DNA of 52,275 bases, from positions 1 through 52,275 of the IMG/VR virus record IMGVR_UViG_3300032893_000067; one strand, written 5' to 3'. Under the pieces are notes generated by a model, which was not told the DNA's origin, ran no database searches, and saw only the letters and a list, made by a program, of their open reading frames with translations. Below are positions 17,052 to 25,013 of this stretch, piece by piece. The stretch is from a virus. Lineage: Duplodnaviria; Caudoviricetes. Numbering within the stretch: the stretch's first letter is position 1; every line of letters starts with the position of its first letter. A program made the translations under genes and the position numbers.

Positions 17052-17134
17052 GCTATATCAAAAATGTATAACTTATATACAAAAATAAATATTATTAATC
17101 AATTCACATAGTTATAAATTATACACTGTATAAT

Positions 17135-17241
17135 TGGTACACTTATTGCAAGAAGAATCTATTGGTATAAATATTGTATAATAATGCAAATACTATACCA
17201 TAATTATTGGTACATATATTGCTATTGCAAGAATCATGCCA
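17135..17241. promoter_or_regulatory. cluster of five sigma54-type boxes in both orientations
   Basis: 17135+ TGGTACACTTATTGCA; 17163+ TGGTATAAATATTGTA (imperfect); 17185- TGGTATAGTATTTGCA; 17208+ TGGTACATATATTGCT; 17226- TGGCATGATTCTTGCA. Confidence 0.68.
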
Positions 17242-17264
17242 CACATATAGAGTATAGGCAGCCA

Positions 17265-17294
17265 GGGGTAGGGGGGGGGGGGTAGACTTGGGGG
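17265..17294 (+). repeat. G-tract (G4, G12, G5) at the strand switch
   Basis: GGGGTAGGGGGGGGGGGGTAGACTTGGGGG in AT-rich background. Confidence 0.8.
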
Positions 17295-17489
17295 TTTAAA
17301 ATAACTTTACTAGTCAACACGACCATTTTTAAAATATCGACTCTAGTAACATCCCTTTTACCCCGTATTACTAAGAAATCCTATAAATAACGTTTTTGAC
17401 CTTAAATATTATCATGTATCCTATTGATTCTATTAGATCGAATATATGAGACTGAGTATATAATAAATATGTAGACAATATAGTAACAC

Positions 17490-17499
17490 TTAACAACTA
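17490..17499 (+). promoter_or_regulatory. putative phage late promoter box
   Basis: TTAACAACTA, 7 nt before ATG. Confidence 0.65.
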
Positions 17500-17506
17500 G
17501 TATTAA

Positions 17507-18043
17507 ATGGTCTCTTTACAAGAATTAAAGTCATTACCTGATTGTTGCATCTATGGGCTAATAAATAAGGCCGATAAAAAGATCTATATTGGGTATTCCT
17601 ATGACATTCTTTCCGCCTTATCTAGAAACATTAAAGACTTCAAATATAGTAACCACCCTGCAAAGGCTGACTTTGATAAGTTGGAGTTTATAATTCTAGA
17701 AACAGTTAAAGATAGGAGTAGTATAAGATTTAGATATGCCTATTGGTATGAATCCTACAAGTCTATGGGATATAGTTTCTATAGAGATTATAAGGGCAGT
17801 AAATTTAGAGTTAAAATTGACGTAGGGATGGATTTTAGGTCTGAGGGTGGGACAACCTATCTTGTATATGTGAAGTTGGTTAATAGCCGCTATAAGGAGT
17901 TTATAGTGGGTGTTTTTAGTGGTATTCAGGGGGCTAAGGAATTTGTACGTAATAAGTACCAGGATAAGAATATAGTAACAAGTATTGAATATGCCAGTAA
18001 TGATCTTACTAGGTTATATGTGAAAAGGAATTCTGATGAATAA
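17507..18043 (+). CDS. GIY-YIG-like nuclease domain protein
   Basis: CIYGLIN...IYIGYS, FIILE. Confidence 0.65.
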   Translation: MVSLQELKSLPDCCIYGLINKADKKIYIGYSYDILSALSRNIKDFKYSNHPAKADFDKLEFIILETVKDRSSIRFRYAYWYESYKSMGYSFYRDYKGSKFRVKIDVGMDFRSEGGTTYLVYVKLVNSRYKEFIVGVFSGIQGAKEFVRNKYQDKNIVTSIEYASNDLTRLYVKRNSDE

Positions 18044-18233
18044 GGCTGATATAGGAGATTGGATCTCTGTTTTAATAGGTGGATTAGTATTTGGTGGTAT
18101 TATATTTGGTGCCATTGGACTTATAATCATTAATACTTTCAGGATGATATTGAGAAGAAAAGATAGGGTTTATGAGTTAGAAGCCCCTAAAAAGAAGAGA
18201 CATTTAAGGCTTATAAGGGGAAAGAAAGAGTAA
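18036..18233 (+). CDS. small membrane protein
   Basis: One long TM and basic tail. Confidence 0.6.
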   Translation: MNKADIGDWISVLIGGLVFGGIIFGAIGLIIINTFRMILRRKDRVYELEAPKKKRHLRLIRGKKE

Positions 18234-18409
18234 TGGACTGGTTTATAGTGCTAATATTTGGATTTACATTTCTGTTTGGACTGGATCTTGTAAATAGGCT
18301 TTATTTTTATAAGAACCAATGCGACGGACTCCATAAATGGCATTATGATGACAAAGGAGATATGCGCTGTAAAACATGTAAAATAAAAGCAGCGGATAAT
18401 TTAGATTGA
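18233..18409 (+). CDS. small membrane protein with Zn ribbon (not in track)
   Basis: 58 aa MDWFIVLIFG...CDGLHKW...CKTC; TAATG coupling. Confidence 0.6.
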   Translation: MDWFIVLIFGFTFLFGLDLVNRLYFYKNQCDGLHKWHYDDKGDMRCKTCKIKAADNLD

Positions 18410-18636
18410 AATTTATAAACAAACTTCGTAACTTAATAGAGAGGTTATTAATGAAATACGATAAATGTACTCATTGTGGTCGAATACTTCATAAGGATCT
18501 TAGAGAAAATGACGTAGAGTTTTATAGGATCAATTATGAACCATATTGTTCATTAAATTGTTTTAATGACGAATCTGAAAAGAGAAAAAAGAAGCCGAGG
18601 AAGAAAAATGGAAGAAATAAATCTAAAACTTTGTAA
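18406..18636 (+). CDS. small Zn-finger protein (start may be MKYDKC)
   Basis: CTHC...YCSLNC. Confidence 0.6.
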   Translation: MKFINKLRNLIERLLMKYDKCTHCGRILHKDLRENDVEFYRINYEPYCSLNCFNDESEKRKKKPRKKNGRNKSKTL

Positions 18637-18805
18637 AGTCTGTGGGCTATTAAAGAAGAGAATATTAGCCGGTAAATGGGGTAAGGACAAGAAATGGATT
18701 GATGAAGAGGGTAAGCTTTGGAATGGAAAGCAATGCCCTACGTGTAATCAAGCTAGAGCTAAAGATAGCATGAAAAGGATGAGAAATGTTGCAAGGAATA
18801 CTTAG
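18608..18805 (+). CDS. small Zn-finger protein
   Basis: CKVC...CPTC; GAGG RBS. Confidence 0.6.
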   Translation: MEEINLKLCKVCGLLKKRILAGKWGKDKKWIDEEGKLWNGKQCPTCNQARAKDSMKRMRNVARNT

Positions 18806-19226
18806 AACAATACTGCTTAGTTTAATATTATTTATGATGATCCCAATACAACATGTTACACCAGATCTTAAACCATACCATGATCCTATTATTAAATATG
18901 TAGAGGAGCATTGTTCTCAACATCATTATTTTCATCCTCTTAAAACGTTTATTAGATTTAATAAACTGCCTTCTCCTATAATTGGATTGTGCCGTGTGGC
19001 CCCATTAGAGTATATAATCGATATAGATCCTCAATATTGGAATAATACCTCAGAAGACTTGAGATGGGAGCTAATGCTACATGAAATGTCCCATTGTATA
19101 TTTAGATTAGACCATACTGATGATCCAGATAATTATATGTATCCTGAATTAGTTGACATGAAAAAAGAAAAAGCTTGGCAACAGTTTGAAAATAATGTAA
19201 GCTACTTATGTGAAGGAGATAAATAA
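18786..19226 (+). CDS. exported metzincin (matrixin-like) metalloprotease
   Basis: Signal/TM, HEMSHCIFRLDH, Met-turn NYMYP. Confidence 0.85.
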   Translation: MLQGILRTILLSLILFMMIPIQHVTPDLKPYHDPIIKYVEEHCSQHHYFHPLKTFIRFNKLPSPIIGLCRVAPLEYIIDIDPQYWNNTSEDLRWELMLHEMSHCIFRLDHTDDPDNYMYPELVDMKKEKAWQQFENNVSYLCEGDK

Positions 19227-19459
19227 TGAAAGATTTATTGATGATTGGCGAAGATTTAAATAAAGCCCTAGCAACCGCTCATCCTGCCGACAGGGAATTA
19301 GGTAGTATGGCCCCACATTTTGCTCAAACAGATGAATATTTACGTAAACTTCTTATGGCTTGGCACGATCAAACAGATGAACATATGAAAGTTGACTTAT
19401 TAAATGAAATTCTAGATTATATTTATGAGGTTACAAGACGTGCAAATAATCGAGAATGA
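19226..19459 (+). CDS. hypothetical protein
   Basis: AGGAG RBS, 77 aa. Confidence 0.65.
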   Translation: MKDLLMIGEDLNKALATAHPADRELGSMAPHFAQTDEYLRKLLMAWHDQTDEHMKVDLLNEILDYIYEVTRRANNRE

Positions 19460-19793
19460 ACAAGTAATATTCGTTGATTGCGATGATACTTTGGTCATGT
19501 GGGATGATACATTTAGACAACCTGGAGACAATAAAATAGAAGTATTTGATCCAAATGATAGTAGTAATAATTACTTAACTCCCAATGAAAAGCATATAGA
19601 CCTCGTAAAAAAACACAAAGGAAGAGGTTATTTTGTTGTGGTGTGGAGTGCTGCTGGATATGCTTGGGCAAATTCTGTAGTCAATGCAGTAAAACTTAAT
19701 GATTACGTAGATATAGTTATGTCTAAGCCTGTTAAGTATATGGATGATCTTACGGCCAATGAAATTTTGGGCACTAGAGTCTATTTAAAATAA
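19425..19793 (+). CDS. HAD-superfamily phosphatase
   Basis: FVDCDDTL, VVWS, K...YMDD. Confidence 0.8.
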   Translation: MRLQDVQIIENEQVIFVDCDDTLVMWDDTFRQPGDNKIEVFDPNDSSNNYLTPNEKHIDLVKKHKGRGYFVVVWSAAGYAWANSVVNAVKLNDYVDIVMSKPVKYMDDLTANEILGTRVYLK

Positions 19794-19799
19794 CAACTA
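19791..19799 (+). promoter_or_regulatory. putative late promoter box
   Basis: TAACAACTA, 5 nt before ATG. Confidence 0.55.
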
Positions 19800-19804
19800 T
19801 TTAC

Positions 19805-20263
19805 ATGAAAGCTATATTTTATAAAGAACATGTTATTAATAAAAATCATTATATTGAATATGAACTAAAAATTTGTCATAAATGCAACAAAACCAAATCT
19901 TGGAAAGACTTTAGTAGGAAGATAAAAGGTATTTTTGGTCTTCAACCTAATTGTAAAGAATGTTCTAAAAAATGGTGGTCTGAAGATCCTATTCGTCAAA
20001 AAAAGATTCAAAAAAATTCAAAGTTAAAAGCAAAATTTAATTTAACATTAGATCAATATAATGAAATTTTGACTCATCAAAATGGGAAATGTGCTATATG
20101 TCACAAAGTACAAAATAATGTTTCATTAGCTGTAGATCATTGTCATAAAACTGGAAAAATTCGTGGTCTATTATGTGGACCATGTAATCAATCCATTGGT
20201 CTTCTTAAAGAGGACTTACAAATTATTGAAAATTTAAAAGATTATTTAGAGAAATATAAATGA
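19805..20263 (+). CDS. endonuclease VII-family HNH nuclease
   Basis: QNGKCAIC, LAVDHCHKTGKIRGLLCGPCN. Confidence 0.9.
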   Translation: MKAIFYKEHVINKNHYIEYELKICHKCNKTKSWKDFSRKIKGIFGLQPNCKECSKKWWSEDPIRQKKIQKNSKLKAKFNLTLDQYNEILTHQNGKCAICHKVQNNVSLAVDHCHKTGKIRGLLCGPCNQSIGLLKEDLQIIENLKDYLEKYK

Positions 20264-21078
20264 ATAATAAACTTGAAAATAACGAAATTGATCTAAAAAG
20301 AACCGAAGATAAGTATATTCTAGATAAATCCCAATTACAAATAGTAAAACATAAAATTGAAACCTACCTACCACCTTATTATCCAGATAAAGGTGTTATT
20401 TATTGTATTAATAAATCAATTTATTTTGATTCTCCAGACCTAACTTTCCTTAAACAACATCTAAATAAAGTCGATGATAGACGTAAGATTCGTATAAGAA
20501 CCTATGCTCCTAATGGCAAATGGAACAATATTTATTTTATTGAAATCAAGTCTAAATCAGATGGAAAAAGTATTAAAACAAGAATTGAACTTACTCCAAA
20601 AGCATTTCAAGAAGTAATGAGAACAAATCAAATTCCAATTGATGCAGATCTCATAGAGCTTAATAAAGATGTCCCAAAAGACCAGCTATTACAGCGTGCA
20701 AAACTTATAAATTACACAATGTTAATTAATAAAGTTAGTCCTGTATGTGAAGTTACTTATAAGAGGTATGCCTACCAAGAACACGAATCATTACGTGTCA
20801 CTATTGATTCAGAAATAAAAGTTCGACCACTTAAAATGATCAAATTTAATGTTATAGAAGATTTAAAGAACCAAGATCTTTGGGATGAACTAAAAGAATA
20901 TGGTGAGAAGTTCTATAATCAAGACAATTTTCTTCTAGAAGTTAAACATGAAAAGAATAATATTCCACAATGGCTAGAAGATTTAATTGAAAAATTTGAT
21001 GGTGAATGCCAGGGCTTTTCAAAATATGTCTGGGGCATGTTTCAAATAATGAGTAATACTCTTAAACTTTTAAAATAA
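20260..21078 (+). CDS. VTC-domain (CYTH/triphosphate tunnel) protein
   Basis: RTEDKY, SIYFDSPD, RRKIRIRTY, FIEIK, VTYKRYAY, RVTID, LLEVK, FSKY. Confidence 0.88.
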   Translation: MNNKLENNEIDLKRTEDKYILDKSQLQIVKHKIETYLPPYYPDKGVIYCINKSIYFDSPDLTFLKQHLNKVDDRRKIRIRTYAPNGKWNNIYFIEIKSKSDGKSIKTRIELTPKAFQEVMRTNQIPIDADLIELNKDVPKDQLLQRAKLINYTMLINKVSPVCEVTYKRYAYQEHESLRVTIDSEIKVRPLKMIKFNVIEDLKNQDLWDELKEYGEKFYNQDNFLLEVKHEKNNIPQWLEDLIEKFDGECQGFSKYVWGMFQIMSNTLKLLK

Positions 21079-21248
21079 ACGTGCCTACTTACGAGAGTGT
21101 GGGCGGGTGTCACATACCTGGGCGAGCATAAACGGGCGAAACTTTCAAATCTATCGTAACGTATGCAACGTACTTATCTTAGTTTTATAGATTTTGCACA
21201 TGATTAGAATAGGTAATTAGTTGAAGTTGTGAGACTGGCAGGCTGCTG

Positions 21249-21500
21249 CTATTTCTTTTCCCATGGTCTTATAGATCCTTCGGCATCCCACAGCGAGCAG
21301 CACATTCGACTTGAAACAGGTTGTAAAACCTTTTTATTCATACAATAGCCAACTTTTTTCTTAGGATCAATAATTTCATTGAACTTACAATTAAAGCAGT
21401 TTGTACCTTGGACATCTTCTGGAAGAGTTATTAGATCAGCGGCCTCTGCTTTTTTTAAACTTTCTTCATTTTGTGGATCAATTCCGCCTTTTTTATTCAT
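21249..21500 (-). CDS. small Cys-rich protein, HiPIP-like Cys spacing
   Basis: GTNCFNCKF...GYC...VSSRMCCSLW. Confidence 0.55.
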   Translation of the reverse strand: MNKKGGIDPQNEESLKKAEAADLITLPEDVQGTNCFNCKFNEIIDPKKKVGYCMNKKVLQPVSSRMCCSLWDAEGSIRPWEKK

Positions 21501-21931
21501 GGTCTAAAGCTCCTTATAGGACGATCTGTGCGTTGGCCACAATCTAGATGGCACCAGTTTGTATTCTTTCCACGAGTAGAATCCTTATCTTCCACCCATA
21601 ATCCATATTTTCTTAATAAATCAGATTTATTTGGCACTAATTTAGCTAAAGATTGATCTTTATCATCTAGGATATCAACGGCCAAACCCATCATATGTAG
21701 ACTTCTTTTAGCACTATTTGGAGTGTTTGCATTAACTGAAGGTGGTCGCCAGCCAGATGTAACTTGTGCTGATTCTATACCCAATTCATTTAAAAAAGCA
21801 TTAACTTTAGCTAGTAATTTAACTGCATTATCCTGGATTTGTTGATTAAAATCATTAGGATATTGTTTTCTACGATCTTTTTTACTAATAAAATCAGTAA
21901 AGTATGCGTCTAATGTGATTAATTCTTGCAT
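21497..21931 (-). CDS. peptidase M15 family endolysin
   Basis: VTSGWR, SLHMMGLAVDI, WCHLD. Confidence 0.88.
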   Translation of the reverse strand: MQELITLDAYFTDFISKKDRRKQYPNDFNQQIQDNAVKLLAKVNAFLNELGIESAQVTSGWRPPSVNANTPNSAKRSLHMMGLAVDILDDKDQSLAKLVPNKSDLLRKYGLWVEDKDSTRGKNTNWCHLDCGQRTDRPIRSFRP

Positions 21932-22071
21932 TTTTTCCTCTTATATTTAATTATGCGCTTAACAACCTTTTTCATGAAGCCACAAGATGGGCATTTTAGC
22001 CACATGTCATTCTTCACATACTGCATGTAAGATCCACACTCACTGCAGACCTGTGATTGTTTGTTATCCAT
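21919..22071 (-). CDS. small Zn-ribbon protein (not in track)
   Basis: 50 aa MDNKQSQVCSECGSYM...LKCPSCGFMKK. Confidence 0.65.
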   Translation of the reverse strand: MDNKQSQVCSECGSYMQYVKNDMWLKCPSCGFMKKVVKRIIKYKRKKCKN

Positions 22072-22079
22072 TCATTAAA

Positions 22080-22089
22080 TAGTTGTTAA
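22080..22089 (-). promoter_or_regulatory. putative late promoter box driving lysis cassette
   Basis: TTAACAACTA on minus strand. Confidence 0.65.
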
Positions 22090-22148
22090 CACTATATTAT
22101 TTAAAAATTTCAAATGAAAGACTTTAAGGAAATTAGCTAGTTCTAGCA

Positions 22149-22158
22149 TTAACAACTA
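22149..22158 (+). promoter_or_regulatory. putative late promoter box
   Basis: TTAACAACTATATA. Confidence 0.7.
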
Positions 22159-22284
22159 TATATAGATACGTTCAGGCAATACTGATAGCCGCTAGTGCGG
22201 TAATTGGCCCTAGGCCAGAAAAAAGAGCAGTTTACGCCTTTGAGACTATCATTTTTTACAATTTATGTTATTTAGGAGTTAAAG

Positions 22285-22569
22285 ATGGAATTGAGAAAAA
22301 GCGCACCATTGATACTGTTTTGTCTCTATTTTGCTAAACTTGCTCTTTTAGCACCAACTTATACAGATGCAGCTATTTTATTAATTTTAGGTGCAACTGC
22401 GGGTTTATTTGAATTTAAATCAAATGAAAAGAAAATAAAAGATCTTGAGCAACTTTTAGTAAATCAACAAAAAGAATTAAGTAAAACAACTGAAGAAATT
22501 TTAGCAATTAAATCTCATGTTGCTAGTATTAAACTTGCAACAAATATTAAATCAACTTCATTTAGATAA
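22285..22569 (+). CDS. two-TM protein with coiled coil (holin/spanin-like candidate)
   Basis: Two hydrophobic segments then heptads; AGGAG RBS; near endolysin. Confidence 0.5.
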   Translation: MELRKSAPLILFCLYFAKLALLAPTYTDAAILLILGATAGLFEFKSNEKKIKDLEQLLVNQQKELSKTTEEILAIKSHVASIKLATNIKSTSFR

Positions 22570-22571
22570 TT

Positions 22572-23147
22572 ATGAAAAAACAATGTATTAAATGTAATAA
22601 AAATAAAGAACTAATAGATTTTCATAAAAATAAATCTAAAAAAGATGGGTTTAATAGTGAATGTAAAAATTGTTATAGTGAGTATTCAAAAAAATATAGA
22701 CAAATTAATAAAAAGAAAATTGCACAAAAAAGAAAAGAATTCTATAAAAATAATGCAGATGAAATGAAAAGAAGAGTTCAATACTATCGAGATAATACAT
22801 CTTATTCAAATTATAATGAACTTTGGAAACAAGAAAATAAAGAATATATCAGTCAGTATAATAAGAATTATTTAATTAATAACAGAGGAAAATGTAACGC
22901 TAAGGCAGTTAAAAGACAAATAGAAAAATTACAGGCAACTCCTAAATGGTTAACAAAAGATCAATTAAAACAAATTGAAGAATTTTATATATTAGCTAAA
23001 GAATTAGAATGGTTAAGTAAAGAAAAATTACATGTTGATCATATAATGCCGCTGCATGGTAAAAATTCTTGTGGATTACATGTACCTTGGAATTTACAAA
23101 TATTACCAGCATCATTAAATATTAAAAAGAGAAATAAAATTTTATGA
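22572..23147 (+). CDS. HNH homing endonuclease
   Basis: CxxC...CKxC N-terminus; ATPKW, HVDHIMPL, CGLHVPWNLQIL...N. Confidence 0.9.
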   Translation: MKKQCIKCNKNKELIDFHKNKSKKDGFNSECKNCYSEYSKKYRQINKKKIAQKRKEFYKNNADEMKRRVQYYRDNTSYSNYNELWKQENKEYISQYNKNYLINNRGKCNAKAVKRQIEKLQATPKWLTKDQLKQIEEFYILAKELEWLSKEKLHVDHIMPLHGKNSCGLHVPWNLQILPASLNIKKRNKIL

Positions 23148-23554
23148 GTCAAATTTTGCAGCATATTTTACAAATCAAAGAAATGAATGACCTTAGAGAA
23201 TATGCTCAAGCTCAATATAATACAATAATGCAGTTGAATAAAAAAGTTCAACGATTAGAAGAAGAGCGAGATCATTTAAAATCTTTATTAGAACAAACTG
23301 TTCCTGTAATTAAACCAGATCAACAAATTATTGAAGCAGATACTGATCAAGAATTAATTTGTAAATTAGAATTACAAAAGCTTCGTGAAATTTCTTCTAT
23401 TCGTGAATTAACTTATGAAGAATGTAAGAAAGTAGAAATTTATTCAAAGATTCTAGGCCAAAAAATTGATAAAAAAAATGAAAGAGAAGTTGAAAAAATT
23501 GATACAAAAGACTTACTAAAGCTTGTTGAAAAAATTGATGATAATGGAAAATGA
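23144..23554 (+). CDS. coiled-coil protein, terminase small subunit candidate
   Basis: Position directly before terL; no diagnostic motif. Confidence 0.4.
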   Translation: MSQILQHILQIKEMNDLREYAQAQYNTIMQLNKKVQRLEEERDHLKSLLEQTVPVIKPDQQIIEADTDQELICKLELQKLREISSIRELTYEECKKVEIYSKILGQKIDKKNEREVEKIDTKDLLKLVEKIDDNGK

Positions 23555-25004
23555 GAAAAAACTAGATAAGAATTACGCTAAAGAAGAACTTTGGAAGCGT
23601 GGTGAATTATCTTGGAAGCTTGATACAACACAAAAAGAATTATATGAATTATTCTATAATTCTAAACATAAGATTATGACATGGCTATTATCAAGACGAC
23701 AAGGAAAAACTTATACACTTTGTATTCTTGCTTTAGAACAATGTATTCGTCAACCAAATAGTATTGTTAAATTTGTTTCACCAACTAAATTACAAGTAAA
23801 TAATAACGTAAGACCTATTTTAAGACAGATCTTAGAAGACTGCCCAACAAAAATAAAGCCGGAATTCAGAAATAAAGATTATATTTATTATTTTCCAAAT
23901 GGATCTGAGATTCAATTAGCCGGAACAGATGGTGGACATGCCGAGAAATTACGGGGGGGTGACTCACATATATGGTTCGTTGATGAAGCCGGCACATGTG
24001 CAGACCTTCATAACGTTGTAAAAAGTATCCTTCTCCCCACAACTCTTATTACAAAAGGTAAAGGAGTTTTAGCCAGCACACCTCCAAAAGAACCCGATCA
24101 TGAATTCTTAGATTATATTGAAGAAGCAGAAGTAAAGGGAAGTTTAAGAGTTAAAACTGTTGATGACAATCCCCGTATTACAAAAGAACAAAAAGAAGAA
24201 TTGATACAGGAATTAGGCGGAATTGATTCTGACGAAGCTCAAAGAGAACTATATTGTAAGATTATAAAAGACTCTAAGACTTCAGTTATTCCAGAATTTA
24301 CACCACAATTAGAATTAAAAATTGTAAAAGATTGGCCCAGACCACCATTTTTTGATTCATATGTGTCAATGGATATCGGATTTAAAGATTTAACAGTTGT
24401 TTTATTTGCTTATTATGATTTTAGAGCAGATAAAGTTATTATTGAAGATGAATTAGTTATAAATTTTCAAAATCCCGACAATAATTTAGAAACATTATCA
24501 AAACAAATCTTAGAAAAAGAAACAAAACTATTTACAAATCCTTTAACATTAGAAGTTAAAAAGCCATATATAAGAGTTAGTGATATTAATTATATTGTTA
24601 TTCAAGAAATTGTTAAGCATAGTAATAAACAATTAACTTTTCAAATGGCTGAGAAATATGACAGTGATTCTGCATTAAATAATCTAAGATTAATGCTTGG
24701 AAATGAAAAAATTATTATAAATCCAAGATGTGTAACACTTATTAGACATTTAAAGAATGTAAGATGGCAGGCAAATAAAAAAGTTTTTGCACGATCTGCA
24801 GATGATGGACATTATGATGCAGTTGATGCCGCTAAATATTTAGTAAGAACTATACAATATAATAAAAATCCATATCCTGCTCATTATAATTTAAATATGA
24901 AAGATCTATTTGTTAGAAATCCTGATAAATTTATCTTTGGTAATAATAATCAGATAGAAACTTTTAAAAAACTATTCAATATTAAACCTAAGAAAAGGTT
25001 TTAA
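23544..25004 (+). CDS. terL: terminase large subunit
   Basis: Walker A SRRQGKT, LRG...FVDEAG Walker B, ASTPP, nuclease MDIGFKD and HYDAVDA. Confidence 0.92.
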   Translation: MENEKKLDKNYAKEELWKRGELSWKLDTTQKELYELFYNSKHKIMTWLLSRRQGKTYTLCILALEQCIRQPNSIVKFVSPTKLQVNNNVRPILRQILEDCPTKIKPEFRNKDYIYYFPNGSEIQLAGTDGGHAEKLRGGDSHIWFVDEAGTCADLHNVVKSILLPTTLITKGKGVLASTPPKEPDHEFLDYIEEAEVKGSLRVKTVDDNPRITKEQKEELIQELGGIDSDEAQRELYCKIIKDSKTSVIPEFTPQLELKIVKDWPRPPFFDSYVSMDIGFKDLTVVLFAYYDFRADKVIIEDELVINFQNPDNNLETLSKQILEKETKLFTNPLTLEVKKPYIRVSDINYIVIQEIVKHSNKQLTFQMAEKYDSDSALNNLRLMLGNEKIIINPRCVTLIRHLKNVRWQANKKVFARSADDGHYDAVDAAKYLVRTIQYNKNPYPAHYNLNMKDLFVRNPDKFIFGNNNQIETFKKLFNIKPKKRF

Positions 25005-25013
25005 GGAAAAATT

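Noticed and set aside
21133-21150. c-di-GMP-I riboswitch (GGGCGAAAC)
   Set aside because: Downstream GCAAAG and P2 elements not found
22182-22204. Hammerhead ribozyme (CTGATAG-stem-TAA)
   Set aside because: Core deviates from CUGANGA...GAAA
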